In this document: positions 1 through 10,239 of the stretch, piece by piece
Layout: every line of letters starts with the position of its first letter
Position numbering within the stretch: position 1 is the first letter of the stretch
NCBI GenBank assembly: GCA_963850905.1
Contig: CAWKMU010000003.1
Location: forward strand, 3,488,001-3,552,000
Length of the DNA: 64,000 nucleotides
Direction: 5' to 3'
Origin: an uncultured Gemmatimonadales bacterium
GTDB taxonomy: Bacteria > Gemmatimonadota > Gemmatimonadetes > Gemmatimonadales > Gemmatimonadaceae
Made by a program: the position numbers and the translations under genes
Notes under the pieces: model-generated
Databases searched by the model: none
What the model saw: only the letters and a program-made list of their open reading frames with translations
Told to the model about the DNA's origin: nothing

Positions 1-255
1 GAAGTTGCCCAGGATTCCCGCGAAGTCCGTCCCGCTCTTGAAATCGCCGCTGAAGCACAGCGAGAAGCCAAAGGCCCACCAGATGACCGTCGTCCACCCC
101 ATCGATGCGAAGCTCTGCATCATGATCGCGAGCACGTTCTTGCGGCCGACCAGCCCCCCGTAGAAGAAGGCGAGCCCCGGTGTCATGAGCATGACGAGGC
201 TCGAACAGAGGAGCATGAAGCCCGTGTTGCCGGTATCGAGGTTGAGATGCGGCAT
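1..255 (-). CDS. amtB: Ammonium transporter, N-terminal part (runs off the window start)
   Basis: Not in the ORF track. My translation from ATG at 255 is MPHLNLDTGNTGFMLLCSSLVMLMTPGLAFFYGGLVGRKNVLAIMMQSF, the classic Amt N-terminus; GAGGA RBS upstream. Confidence 0.93.
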   Translation of the reverse strand, partial: MPHLNLDTGNTGFMLLCSSLVMLMTPGLAFFYGGLVGRKNVLAIMMQSFASMGWTTVIWWAFGFSLCFSGDFKSGTDFAGILGNF

Positions 256-692
256 GCGATCGCGTCCTCACGAAACGAGGGACCCGGACCATCGGTGGAT
301 TGCGTCCTCTACGTCGCGGCGTGTTCGCCGTGTTCGCGCGGGGCTGATAGTATCCCGCCGTCAGCCCTGGGGGCAATACACCGGGCGCGGCCACCACGGA
401 AGGGTCGCTGCGTGGTAGCACGGGAGGCGAGCGCTCAGCCGTGGCGCTCGCGCGGCAGCGGATGTGGTCGCATTGGACCAAAGTAGCCGGACCACGCCGC
501 CGCACAGCGGATGTAAGCCGGTCGATGGGGTCTCGATTTTGCGTCCGACAACGGTTCGAGCAGTGATCGAACGCTGCACAACGGTCGCGATCCACGCGTC
601 GCGCATCAATCCTGTTGTACCACTCCCCTCGACCGTAGGTCAACTTGGGGCGCACCTATCAAACGACGCACGCTCGATCACGGCAGACGGTG

Positions 693-1652
693 ATGCCCTT
701 CCACAGCGGTCGCCGCGCCACGCCACCTGTTTCTCGCGCCGCTGCGCTCGTTGTCCAATTGGCGGCTGCGCTCGTCGCGGTATGTACGGTCGCCCAGAGC
801 GCGGTCGCGCAGCACGCGGACTCGAGCGTGCACGTCACGTCCGCCTCGAGCCAGCTATCTGACACTACCATCGGTCCGCCGGAGCGTTTCGGCCACGTGC
901 CCTTGCGATTCGTCATCGATCTTGGTGGCTACCTGCCTTTCATATCCACGCATGCGAGCCTCTCCGCCCAGCTCCGCAACGGCACCAACGTGAATCTCGA
1001 GAACGTGCTCGGGCTGTCGCCCAGTACGCAGACGTTCAATGCCGGTGCGTCGTGGCGGATCAGTAAGCACAACTTTCTCGCCTTCGACTACTTCGGCTTC
1101 AGCCGGAGTGCCACGAAGACGATCAGCGACAGTATCATCTGGGGCGCCAACACCTATCACGCCGGCACGACGCTCGACGTGAAAAATAGCATCGACTATT
1201 ACGGGCTCTCGTACCGGTATTACATCTGGCGCGAACCGAACTGGGAGCTTGGCCCGGGCATCGGAATCGACGCGTTGCATGTCGCCAGCAGTATGGGCAT
1301 TCGGGTCACTGGTTCAGGAAGCGGCACGGGTGTGGCCGACAGCGCGAAAGCCAGCGGCAGCATTACAGTCCCGGTCCCGTTGCTGGGCATTTATGGCGAC
1401 TGGGAGTTTGTCCCGCGCGTGTTCGTGAAAGGCGGGTTTCAATACATCTATGTCAACGATATCGCGAGCTACGGCGGCCATGTGGGTGACGGCGTCCTGG
1501 GTCTCGAGTGGTACCCGTTCAACCATTTCGGCCTTGGCGCGATGTACCACTACATTGGCGCTGACCTCAGCAAGATATCGCGCTCCGGCAATACGGTGAG
1601 ATTCAACTACACGATCCAGGGACCCGCTCTCTACCTGTCCGCGACGTTCTAG
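693..1652 (+). CDS. Putative outer-membrane beta-barrel protein
   Basis: Signal-peptide-like N-terminus (AVAQ), amphipathic Gly/aromatic strands and C-terminal YLSATF (terminal Phe). Start uncertain. Confidence 0.7.
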   Translation: MPFHSGRRATPPVSRAAALVVQLAAALVAVCTVAQSAVAQHADSSVHVTSASSQLSDTTIGPPERFGHVPLRFVIDLGGYLPFISTHASLSAQLRNGTNVNLENVLGLSPSTQTFNAGASWRISKHNFLAFDYFGFSRSATKTISDSIIWGANTYHAGTTLDVKNSIDYYGLSYRYYIWREPNWELGPGIGIDALHVASSMGIRVTGSGSGTGVADSAKASGSITVPVPLLGIYGDWEFVPRVFVKGGFQYIYVNDIASYGGHVGDGVLGLEWYPFNHFGLGAMYHYIGADLSKISRSGNTVRFNYTIQGPALYLSATF

Positions 1653-2209
1653 CTGGACGCACTGGGCTCAGGGATGGCCAGGGCGACGAACCGGTCCAAC
1701 GCCCGTGTGACGCGCGCATGGTCACCCGTGCTCAAGAGCTCCAAGAAAAGCCCGTCGAACACCGCGACGCATAGCGTCGCCATTGCTTTGGATCGGATCG
1801 ATTCCGAAAGCGCGCGCTCGCTGAGTGTCAGCCAGGCCGACGACGATTTCTCCAGATAGCGGCCATATTCGGCGGGGTTCTGGATGGCAATGATCTGGAC
1901 CTCATAGAGCAGCCGAAAGTACGGCAGGTTCTTCGAGCTCGTCGCCCATCGCCAGTAACGCTTGATCGGGGCTTCTGGGCGCAGCCCGGAATCGGCCCTG
2001 GTCATCGCCACGAAGGACGCCTGGAGACGGGACTGCAGTTCGCTAAAGACCTCCTGGAGGAGGCGCTCCTTCGACTGAAAGTGAAAAATGAGGAGCCGCG
2101 CACTGGTGCCCATCGCCGCCGCCATCGGTCGCAGCGACACGTTGGCGACACCGTTCTCGACCAAGTAGTCGACCGCGGCATCGAGCAGTTCGGCCTTGCG
2201 CGCCAGCAT
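1649..2209 (-). CDS. TetR/AcrR family transcriptional regulator
   Basis: N-terminal HTH LLDAAVDYLVENGVANVSLRPMAAAMGTSARLLIFHFQSKE; divergent from the hydrolase gene. Confidence 0.9.
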   Translation of the reverse strand: MLARKAELLDAAVDYLVENGVANVSLRPMAAAMGTSARLLIFHFQSKERLLQEVFSELQSRLQASFVAMTRADSGLRPEAPIKRYWRWATSSKNLPYFRLLYEVQIIAIQNPAEYGRYLEKSSSAWLTLSERALSESIRSKAMATLCVAVFDGLFLELLSTGDHARVTRALDRFVALAIPEPSASS

Positions 2210-2225
2210 GTAACGAACGTTACAT
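2208..2225. promoter_or_regulatory. Putative TetR operator
   Basis: Perfect palindrome ATGTAACG-AA-CGTTACAT overlapping the tetR start; TATAAT on the minus strand at 2224-2229. Confidence 0.7.
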
Positions 2226-2277
2226 TATACGATCCTTTGGTTCAAGCGAGGCGCGGGTGGCAGGATCGTGGAATACC

Positions 2278-3244
2278 ATGCTGCTGGCTGTGGCCTGGGC
2301 CCAGCTCGCGACTGGGTCGATGAATGTTCGGTGGGACGACGGCGCGACGGATTGCAAGACGAGTCGGCAACCGGCGATCCAGGTGCATGCGTACAATCCG
2401 CAGACGTTCATCCTGCGCGAAAATCTGTGCGCCACGTTCGAGGCGCCTTTCATGTACCTCCTGAAGGGATCGACGCGCGCGCTCTTGATCGACGACGGTG
2501 ATGTCGCCGATCCGCGGCAGATGCCATTGGCACGGACGGTGATGGACCTGCTGCGCGCGGATGGATCGCCGCAGGTGCCCTTACTGGTGGTGCACACCCA
2601 CCGGCACCTGGACCATCGGGAGGGCGATGGGCAGTTCGCCCATCTACCAGGGGTACAGGTGGTCGGGTTCGATCTCGAAAGCGTCAAGCGCTTCTACGGG
2701 TTCGGCGATTGGCCGAACGGCGTCGCCCAGATCGACCTCGGTGGACGCGTTGTGGACGTCCTGCCGACTCCGGGCCACAACGAGACGCATCTCGGTGTTC
2801 TATGACCGGAACACAGCGCTGCTCTTCTCCGGCGACTTTCTCATGCCAGCCCGCCTGCTCATCGATGACACCGACGCGGAACGCGCGAGCGCGACGCGAA
2901 TGGCGGCATTCGCCCAGGACCACCCGATTGTGTACGTCCTGGGTGGACACATCGAGCAGGACACCGCCGGACAGCTATTCCCCTGGGAGTCGACGTACCA
3001 TCCCCACGAGCATGTCCTTCAGATGACGAAGGCCGACGTGCTCGCACTGCCGGCGGCCGTCGCTGCATTCAATGGGTTCTACACCGAGCGCGGCACGCTC
3101 GTCATGGAGAATTCGATCCGCGTGCTCATCGTGCTGGCCGTCGCCACCGTGCTGGTGCTCGTCGCGCTCGTGTGGGCGGCCCTCCTATACCGCCGTCGCC
3201 GCCGGATCGCTCGTCAGCACCGATTGGCCGAAAATCGACGCTGA
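2278..3244 (+). CDS. Metallo-beta-lactamase-fold hydrolase with C-terminal TM anchor; frameshift near 2797
   Basis: HTHRHLDH motif and TPGH in the first frame; LLFSGDF and GGH continue in the second frame. The junction CATCTCGGTGTTCTAT reads H-L-V-F-Y if one G is removed. Confidence 0.8.
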
Positions 3245-3537
3245 GCGCGCACGAAGGGCCGGCGTGTGCGGTCTCCAGGGGGGCTCGGCGGACGCGGCGC
3301 CTGTAGAAGGCCAAGGAGAACCAGGCTGCCACTTCAGGGAGCCCAGCCGACGGTCAGAGCTCCGGTTTTTGAGACAGTGGCCTGCGAGTGGTATCTTCCC
3401 CCAGCCCGCTCGGCACGGTCGAAGCAGACGCGGGGTCGGCGAAGCGCCAGCAGGTCGCCTGGACGTGCACTACATCATTCGCTTCAACAGAGTCGGCCGC
3501 GGAACGCCCGAAGTTTCACATTGACTGGAGTTACTCT

Positions 3538-3933
3538 ATGCACCACGCGATTCGCTACGAAGGTGGGTTCGAGCTCAATTTCTCCACACTGCGCCCCGGC
3601 GCAGTCGACTTCGAGGGTGACGAAGGTGGCCGGCATGCCATGCCCGCGTGGCCGACAGATATCGACGGGCTCCGCTTTGGCTTCATGGAACGGCGCGGCA
3701 AGCGCTTCGTCGCGGTACGCGCGCAGTATGGCGATGCGGATGTCGTCGTCGCGAACGTCGTGCCGATCGACGCGTCACGCCACTTGAATGGCCGCCGCGT
3801 GGGAGCGGACGCGCTCACCCTGTCCGATGAATCGGCCGGCGCCTTGCTCGGCGACATGATCGAGGCGAACCCCGCTCAGCGCGCCGCCCTCCTCGGGCTG
3901 CGGGAGCAGATTCGACAGAAGCTCGATCGGTAG
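3538..3933 (+). CDS. Hypothetical protein
   Basis: GGAG RBS before ATG 3538, coding-like codon use, no recognised family. Confidence 0.65.
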   Translation: MHHAIRYEGGFELNFSTLRPGAVDFEGDEGGRHAMPAWPTDIDGLRFGFMERRGKRFVAVRAQYGDADVVVANVVPIDASRHLNGRRVGADALTLSDESAGALLGDMIEANPAQRAALLGLREQIRQKLDR

Positions 3934-4133
3934 TGCTGGTCGCTCCGAACCCCTGTCCCCCACGAAGGAACTCGCCGCTTGGCGCCGACCGCGTGACGCG
4001 GGCCGAAGCGACGCGGCCCTTCACCATGGCCGTGGGCTCGTTGCCAGGGATAGCGGCGTCGACCGGTGAGCGCGACAAGAAGCGGGTTTGCAATTCTTCG
4101 TAGCAGCTGACACTCATGCAGCCGACGATCGGC

Positions 4134-5120
4134 CTATTCTGCCGATGCCGGCTCGGCGCCTTTGAGCCGGTACAGTGCCCCGGTTTTTGTTAGTCCGAAT
4201 TGGAGCCAGTCGCGTCCCACCGTTTGCAGCTTGATGAAGAACTGCTTGCACCGTTCGATGGCCGCCCGGTCGACGTCAGCCTGTGACTTGAACTTGTACT
4301 GAAAGGCGAACTCTCCGACGAGCGCCTTGTGTTCCCCCCTCGTGCGCCACATCCCCACATTGGCTCTGGCAGTCATCCCTTTGCCGAAGTCCAACATGCA
4401 GATGTCTTGCAGCACCTCCTCGATGAACGTCTGGTTGACGAGCTCGACCCGTTTGGCGCCAGACGCCAACAGCGGCCGCAATGCCGGGAACACCTGCGAC
4501 AAGAACGCCGTAGATGTGCGGTCTCCCTCGGGAACCTGACTCAACGGAAATTGAACGTTGTGCGAGAAGAGAATGCGAAAGGCGCCCACCTGGTCGCGCA
4601 GCGTGAGCGCCTGGACCTTGAACTTGATGCGATAGTCTCCGGCAAAGTTCGGCCTCACATCGGTCTCGGCGGCCGCTTGCAAGTCCGGGTTGCGAAACTT
4701 GAACACGATCTCTGGCTCTGCGGCCGGAAAGCCGTCTTCGAATCGGATTCGTCTTCGAAGGATGAACGACCGTTTGTAGAGGCGGAAATCGGGGGTATCG
4801 AGGAACAGCACCTCGCGCACTGCGGGCTTCGCTCCGACAAAGGGCTTCGTGTCCACGCCGATGCCAAACTCGTCGGCAGCCTCCTCGACGACTTCGCCGA
4901 AATCCTGGAACACTTTCGGCGAGGTGAACCGATCCGCCTTGAGGATCACCTTGCATGCGAGATACTGCGGCGTCCGAAAGGGCGTTCCATCCGCGTAACG
5001 CCCTTTCTTGACCTGCAGTGTTCGTTGTTGCGAGTCGGACCGACTCGTTTTGCGCGCCGGAACCCGCCCGGGCGCGTGGATGCGCTTGGCGCGTGTGCGC
5101 CTGGGTTTTGTTGTTGGCAT
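4134..5120 (-). CDS. Hypothetical protein, CYTH/triphosphate-tunnel-like
   Basis: FLDTPDFRLYKRSFILRRR...IVFKFR and late E-x-x-F plus a terminal TKT resemble CYTH-superfamily motifs. Confidence 0.6.
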   Translation of the reverse strand: MPTTKPRRTRAKRIHAPGRVPARKTSRSDSQQRTLQVKKGRYADGTPFRTPQYLACKVILKADRFTSPKVFQDFGEVVEEAADEFGIGVDTKPFVGAKPAVREVLFLDTPDFRLYKRSFILRRRIRFEDGFPAAEPEIVFKFRNPDLQAAAETDVRPNFAGDYRIKFKVQALTLRDQVGAFRILFSHNVQFPLSQVPEGDRTSTAFLSQVFPALRPLLASGAKRVELVNQTFIEEVLQDICMLDFGKGMTARANVGMWRTRGEHKALVGEFAFQYKFKSQADVDRAAIERCKQFFIKLQTVGRDWLQFGLTKTGALYRLKGAEPASAE

Positions 5121-5219
5121 GTTAGGATGCGTGCCGCATGAGGCGAGCCACGCTGCGTCGTTCAGGACGGCGGCGGTCTCGAAAAGCGCGGCTCGAAAGC
5201 CAAAGCTCGGTCTCAGCCC

Positions 5220-5747
5220 TCATTTGGGCATGAACGTGAAAAAGCCGATCACCGCTCCTCCCAACACTAGCAGAGCTGGGTTGACCTTGTATTGCATCAA
5301 GATCAGCAGTACGCCAACAGCGATGGCAGCAGTCTCTACGCCGAAGATCGCGCCTTTTGCCATCGTGAAGCAGCCGGCCAGCAGGAGCCCGATGGAGACG
5401 GGAGCAAGGCCCTGTTGAATGGAAGTTCTCCATGGCCACTTCTCGAGTTTCTTCCACGCGCGGGCGACAGCAAACGCGAGCACGGCAGTCGGACCGAAAA
5501 AGGCAATCAACACGGCGAGGGCGCCGAGTAAGCCAGCCGCCCACTGTCCGATGGGGACGATCATCATCATGTTCGGGCCGGGCGCCATCTGCCCCACGCT
5601 GTACAAGTGGATCAACTGGTGAGAGGCGAGCCACTTGTGGACTTCGACCGTCTGGACCTGCATTTCGGGAAATGCCGACATCCCGCCGCCCACCGTTAGG
5701 ATGGATAGGTAGGCGAACACGCGGAGAAGCGCCGGAATCTGGTTCAT
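5220..5747 (-). CDS. Short-chain chromate transporter (ChrA family) subunit
   Basis: TVGGG and GQMAPGPN motifs, hydrophobic; ATGA overlap with the upstream paralogue. Confidence 0.9.
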   Translation of the reverse strand: MNQIPALLRVFAYLSILTVGGGMSAFPEMQVQTVEVHKWLASHQLIHLYSVGQMAPGPNMMMIVPIGQWAAGLLGALAVLIAFFGPTAVLAFAVARAWKKLEKWPWRTSIQQGLAPVSIGLLLAGCFTMAKGAIFGVETAAIAVGVLLILMQYKVNPALLVLGGAVIGFFTFMPK

Positions 5748-6355
5748 TGGGTCACACCGTTGGTCGGCTTTGTGCGAGGCCGATGGAAGAGAATCGCCAA
5801 GATGCCGACGACTACCAGGGTGAGTGGAACTCCCAGGTGCAACCGGTTTACGGAAATCACCGCCAGCGCCATGAAAACGAAATCGAACTTGCCTGCGAGC
5901 GACTTCTTACTGAGCCCGACGACCGTGTACAGGATCAGCCCCACCGCCGCCGCCGCCACCCCCTTCAGTGCAGCGGTAACCCAGGTGCGGTCACCATGGA
6001 TGCGATAGAGGATGCCCACGATGAACATGATCACAGCGCCCGGCAGGCAGATGCCGACGATGGCAACGGTAGAGCCCAGCGCGCCACGCAGCTTCTCGCC
6101 CACCAGCACTGCCATGTTGGTCGCGTTCAAGCCAGGCAGGCTCTGGCTGATGGAAAGCATCTCGACGAATTGCTTGTCGTCGATCCAGTGCCGCTTGGCC
6201 ACCAGGCTGCCGTGAAGGTACGGCACCACGCCGCCGAAGCTGGTGGCGCCGATGAGGAGAAACTCGAGGAATATCTGACTGAGCGCGACTCGAGCTTCGT
6301 CCGAGACAGCCGTTGGTGCGGTTTCCAGCGGGCGTTGAACGGCCCCGTCAGCCAT
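5744..6355 (-). CDS. Short-chain chromate transporter (ChrA family) subunit
   Basis: ATSFGG and SQSLPGLNATN motifs. Confidence 0.9.
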   Translation of the reverse strand: MADGAVQRPLETAPTAVSDEARVALSQIFLEFLLIGATSFGGVVPYLHGSLVAKRHWIDDKQFVEMLSISQSLPGLNATNMAVLVGEKLRGALGSTVAIVGICLPGAVIMFIVGILYRIHGDRTWVTAALKGVAAAAVGLILYTVVGLSKKSLAGKFDFVFMALAVISVNRLHLGVPLTLVVVGILAILFHRPRTKPTNGVTQ

Positions 6356-6736
6356 GGCGCTACGGCTCGTTGCCGTTGAGGCGATAGCCCAATCGGCTTC
6401 GGATGTCGTGAGCCTCGGGAGAAACGCGTGCTCCGCGTGGACGCGTCCGCCCGTCGAGAGCCGTCCTCGCGTGAGTCGATCGGTGCGGCATGTGTCGTTT
6501 ATCGGGGAATGTCTGAGCCGTGGACCGGAGCCGGCCGTTGCTGCGGCTCAACGAATCAGAGGTTTTTCCGGCCGGCCGCAGGATCGTAGATCATCGCAAC
6601 AGCCCTACGTCTGATGCAGTAGACCTTGGACCTAGCCCGGTCCTCGGCCCCGCGCGAAGCGGAGCAGTTGGGCTCCCACTGGTGCTCAAAGTCCCTAGGC
6701 ACCCTACCCTTGCATTGCCTGCCGCGATTCGCTTTG

Positions 6737-6759
6737 TTGACATAAGCGATTTATGGCAA
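6737..6759. promoter_or_regulatory. Putative PadR operator
   Basis: Inverted repeat TTGACATAA-GCGAT-TTATGGCAA (8/9 match) overlapping the padR ATG. Confidence 0.55.
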
Positions 6760-7094
6760 AACCCAAGGACCGCCCGCCCGAGCTCGTCCAAGGGACGCTG
6801 GACATGCTCGTGCTCAAAGCGCTCACGCGCGGTACGTGGCACGGCTATGCCGTCGCCGAATGGATTCGCGCCACGTCGCACGACGTGCTGCGGGTGCAGG
6901 AAGGCGCGCTGTATCCGGCACTGCACCGGCTCGAGCTGCAGGGCATGCTCACGTCCGAGTGGGCCATCAGCGACAAGGGCCGCCGAGCCAAGTTCTATAC
7001 GCTCACCGCGGCGGGCCGCAAGCATTCGAGCACCGAAGCGCAGTCGTGGCGCCAGCTCTCGGGCGCCATCGCGCTCGTGATGCGCACCGCGTGA
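6753..7094 (+). CDS. PadR family regulator (acidobacterial type)
   Basis: QGTLDMLVLK...HGY...EGALYPALHRLE...RRAKFYTLT. Confidence 0.93.
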   Translation: MAKPKDRPPELVQGTLDMLVLKALTRGTWHGYAVAEWIRATSHDVLRVQEGALYPALHRLELQGMLTSEWAISDKGRRAKFYTLTAAGRKHSSTEAQSWRQLSGAIALVMRTA

Positions 7095-7096
7095 CC

Positions 7097-9787
7097 ATGC
7101 TGAACGACATCCTCCTGCGCCTGCGCGCATTGCTACGCCGCCGCCGTCTCGATCAGGATTTGGACGATGAGCTGGCGTTCCACCTGGCGATGCGCGCCTC
7201 GCAGCTCGAAGCGGCGGGCGCCGACGCCCAAGCCGCGCAGCGTGGCGCACGGCGTCAGTTCGGGAATGTCACCGGCATCCGCGAGCGGCTGTGGGAGCAG
7301 TGGAGCTTCCCGTCCGTCGAATCGCTCTGGCGAGACGTGCAGTACGGGGCCCGTGTCCTGCGGCACGCGCCGGCGTTCACGATCGTGGCCATTCTGACGA
7401 TCGCGCTCGGTGTCGGCGCCAACACCGCCGTATTCAGCGTCGCCAACGCCGTGCTGGTCCGCCCACTGCCGTTCGCCCACGCCGACCAGCTCGTGCGATT
7501 GTATTCGGTCGTGGCCGGCAACACCCTGGGCCCATCGCCGGCCGACGCACGAGACCTGGCGGACGAATCCCACGTATTCGAGTCGCTCGCCGTCTACGAT
7601 TTTTGGCTCAAGAACGTCAGCCTGGCACCGGGCGATCGCCCAGAACAAGGCCGCATTGGCCTCGTCACCGATGAGTACTTCGCGGTCCTCGGCATCACCC
7701 CGACCATCGGCCGCACGTTCACGGCTGATGAGACGCGCGTCGGCAACAACAAAGTCGTCCTGCTGACCACGAAGTATTGGCGCGAGCACTTCGCGGGGAC
7801 GCGGTCCGTGTTGGGCCGCACGATCCGCATCGACGACGAGCCGTACACCGTGATCGGCGTCATGCCCGACGTGATCCCGGACTGGATCGACGGCGTGAGC
7901 GATGGGCGGGTAGTATTGTGGACACCGCTCGCGCTCCCCGCCGAAGACTACGGTCCGCTGCGCCGCGGCGATCGCAACGCCGGCACGCTCGGGCGCCTGC
8001 GCGCCGGCATCTCGATCGCGACGGCCAAGGCTGAGGTCCAACGCGTCGCCGTCCAGTTGGCCCAACGCTATCCGGTTGACCGCGGCGTTGACGCGCGGGT
8101 GTTGCCGCTGTCGGAGACGCGCGCCGGCGCGCTGCGGCCGACGCTGATCCTGCTCATCGCCTCGGCCGCGATGATCCTGCTCATCGCCTGCACCAACGTC
8201 GCCAGCCTGATCCTGGCGCGCCACACTGCGCGCCACCACGAAATGGTCGTGCGCGCATCATTGGGGGCGAGCCGCCGGACTCTCATTCGACAACTCGTGG
8301 CCGAACACCTGCTGCTGACGGTGCTCGGCGGAACGGCCGGACTGGCCGCCGCCTGGCTGACCACCACCGCACTCGTCGATCTTCGACCGCCTGCCCTCCC
8401 ACAGCTCGCCGAGGTGCGCATCGATGGGCCGGTCTTGCTCTATGCGCTGGCGGTGACACTCTCGACCGGGGCGCTATTCGGTCTCATTCCCGCCTGGTCG
8501 ACGACCCGCACCAGCCTCGGCGCCGCCATTCGGGAGGGGGGACGCTCGGGCACGACGGGCCGGCGGCGGCAGACGGAGCAGCGCGCACTGGTGGTCGCAC
8601 AAATCGCGTGCTGCGTCATCCTGGTGCTCTGGACGAGCCTCCTCGTCAAGAGCCTGCTCCGTCTCCAACACCAGGAGAACGGCTTCCAGCCCGCGCATCT
8701 GCTGACGGCTCACATGAACCTGCCGTCGGCGCGGTACCCGCACAATCCGGATCCCGGCGTGATCACGCGGTTCTGCGAGACATTCACCGAGCGCGTGCGC
8801 GCGATCCCAGGCGTGCAGGACGCGACGATCACGACGGCTTTTCCCCCTTCGAATCGCTACACACGGACGTTCACGATCGAGGGCCAAGCCACCTCGCGGC
8901 TCGATGATCTGCCGCGCGCCCGATTCGGTGTGGTCGACGTGCACTATCGCGGCACGTTGGGCATTCCGCTCGTCGCAGGGCGCGACTTCGATGAGTCCGA
9001 TGTGGCGACCAACCGCCCGGCCGTGATCCTGATCAACCAGGTCCTGGCGCGCCAATATTTCGCCCACCGCGACCCGATCGGCCGGCACCTCCAACTGCGC
9101 CAGCTCGACATGTCGTCGCCGTCGGACACCGGGATGACCGTCGCCACGATCGTCGGTGTCCTCGGAAGCACGAAGAATCGCGGGCTCGCGTTCGATCCCG
9201 ACCCCGAGGTTGTCGGCTTGTTTCGCCAGATGCCCGACATGAACTACGGCTCCAAGAACATTGTCGTGCGGTCCACCTTCGAGGCGTCCGGCGTCACCGA
9301 GCGCATGCGCGAGGCGCTTCGTGCGATCGACCCGGAGCTTGCGCTGGCGGAGCCGATGACGATCGACGCCGTGATGGCCGACCAGACAACCGACCGCCGC
9401 CTCAGCACGACGCTGTTGAGCCTCTTCACGGTGAGCGGCGTCCTGCTCGCGCTCATTGGCGTCTACGGCGTGGTGTCCTACTTCGTCGCGCAGCGTACCA
9501 AAGAGATCGGCGTCCGCGTCACCCTCGGCGCCAAACAGGCCGACATTGTGTGGCTCGTGCTCGGCCAGGGCCTCCGGCTCGCGGCTGCCGGGATCGCGCT
9601 CGGCGTCGCCGGCGCGTTTGCCATGCGATCGCTGTTATCACGTTTCCTGTTCGCGGTCACCGCGACCGACCCAACCGTCTTCGTCAGTGTTCCCTTGCTC
9701 ACCGCCAGCATCGTGATCGCAGCCTGCTACCTCCCGGCGTGGCGCGCGACGCGACTCGACCCGGTGCTAGCGCTGCGAGAGTCGTAG
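7097..9787 (+). CDS. ADOP-type duplicated ABC permease (MacB/FtsX-like)
   Basis: LDDELAFHL leader, LGVGANTAVFSV, LLIACTNVA, QRTKEIGVRVTLGA and DPVLALR; directly follows padR. Confidence 0.92.
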   Translation: MLNDILLRLRALLRRRRLDQDLDDELAFHLAMRASQLEAAGADAQAAQRGARRQFGNVTGIRERLWEQWSFPSVESLWRDVQYGARVLRHAPAFTIVAILTIALGVGANTAVFSVANAVLVRPLPFAHADQLVRLYSVVAGNTLGPSPADARDLADESHVFESLAVYDFWLKNVSLAPGDRPEQGRIGLVTDEYFAVLGITPTIGRTFTADETRVGNNKVVLLTTKYWREHFAGTRSVLGRTIRIDDEPYTVIGVMPDVIPDWIDGVSDGRVVLWTPLALPAEDYGPLRRGDRNAGTLGRLRAGISIATAKAEVQRVAVQLAQRYPVDRGVDARVLPLSETRAGALRPTLILLIASAAMILLIACTNVASLILARHTARHHEMVVRASLGASRRTLIRQLVAEHLLLTVLGGTAGLAAAWLTTTALVDLRPPALPQLAEVRIDGPVLLYALAVTLSTGALFGLIPAWSTTRTSLGAAIREGGRSGTTGRRRQTEQRALVVAQIACCVILVLWTSLLVKSLLRLQHQENGFQPAHLLTAHMNLPSARYPHNPDPGVITRFCETFTERVRAIPGVQDATITTAFPPSNRYTRTFTIEGQATSRLDDLPRARFGVVDVHYRGTLGIPLVAGRDFDESDVATNRPAVILINQVLARQYFAHRDPIGRHLQLRQLDMSSPSDTGMTVATIVGVLGSTKNRGLAFDPDPEVVGLFRQMPDMNYGSKNIVVRSTFEASGVTERMREALRAIDPELALAEPMTIDAVMADQTTDRRLSTTLLSLFTVSGVLLALIGVYGVVSYFVAQRTKEIGVRVTLGAKQADIVWLVLGQGLRLAAAGIALGVAGAFAMRSLLSRFLFAVTATDPTVFVSVPLLTASIVIAACYLPAWRATRLDPVLALRES

Positions 9788-10239
9788 GGCGTTGTGACGT
9801 CGCTCTGATCCCGCGGCTCGACAGGACTTAGAGCTTTACCTCGAGCGTGACGACGGTCGTCGGGTACCTCAGGTCGGGATTGAATACGACGACCGTAAGG
9901 TTGACGTTCTTGCAACGCATCGGACATCATGGCGACCTCGTTGATGAAGGTTTGGCGTCGCAGTGCCAGTCGGCGGGAATAACCACCCCGCGCCACCTAA
10001 ACCAACATAGCCAGCGCCGGCGATCGAGCGGAGCCAACGAGACCACTCACGCGCGAGCGCCCAGTCGTGATTGCGGCGCCTGATCAACCTCAAAACACAG
10101 ATCGCCAGCAGGGGATTCAGCCCTCATTCCACTCGGGGGCCGACGACGACCGCGGAACAGATTCGACGGCCGGCCCCGGGGGCTCGCCCCGTTAGGGGCA
10201 TCGCGGAACTCGAAGCCGTGCGTGCCGGTTCAATGGGTA

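Noticed and set aside
256..692. Nitrogen-regulatory sites upstream of amtB (e.g. TGGTC-N6-GACCA near 465-480)
   Set aside because: The short palindrome could be chance, and I saw no clear sigma54 or NtrC consensus.
9790..10239. Riboswitch or small gene upstream of cysK
   Set aside because: I could not recognise SAM-riboswitch consensus elements or a convincing ORF; an Rfam scan would settle it.
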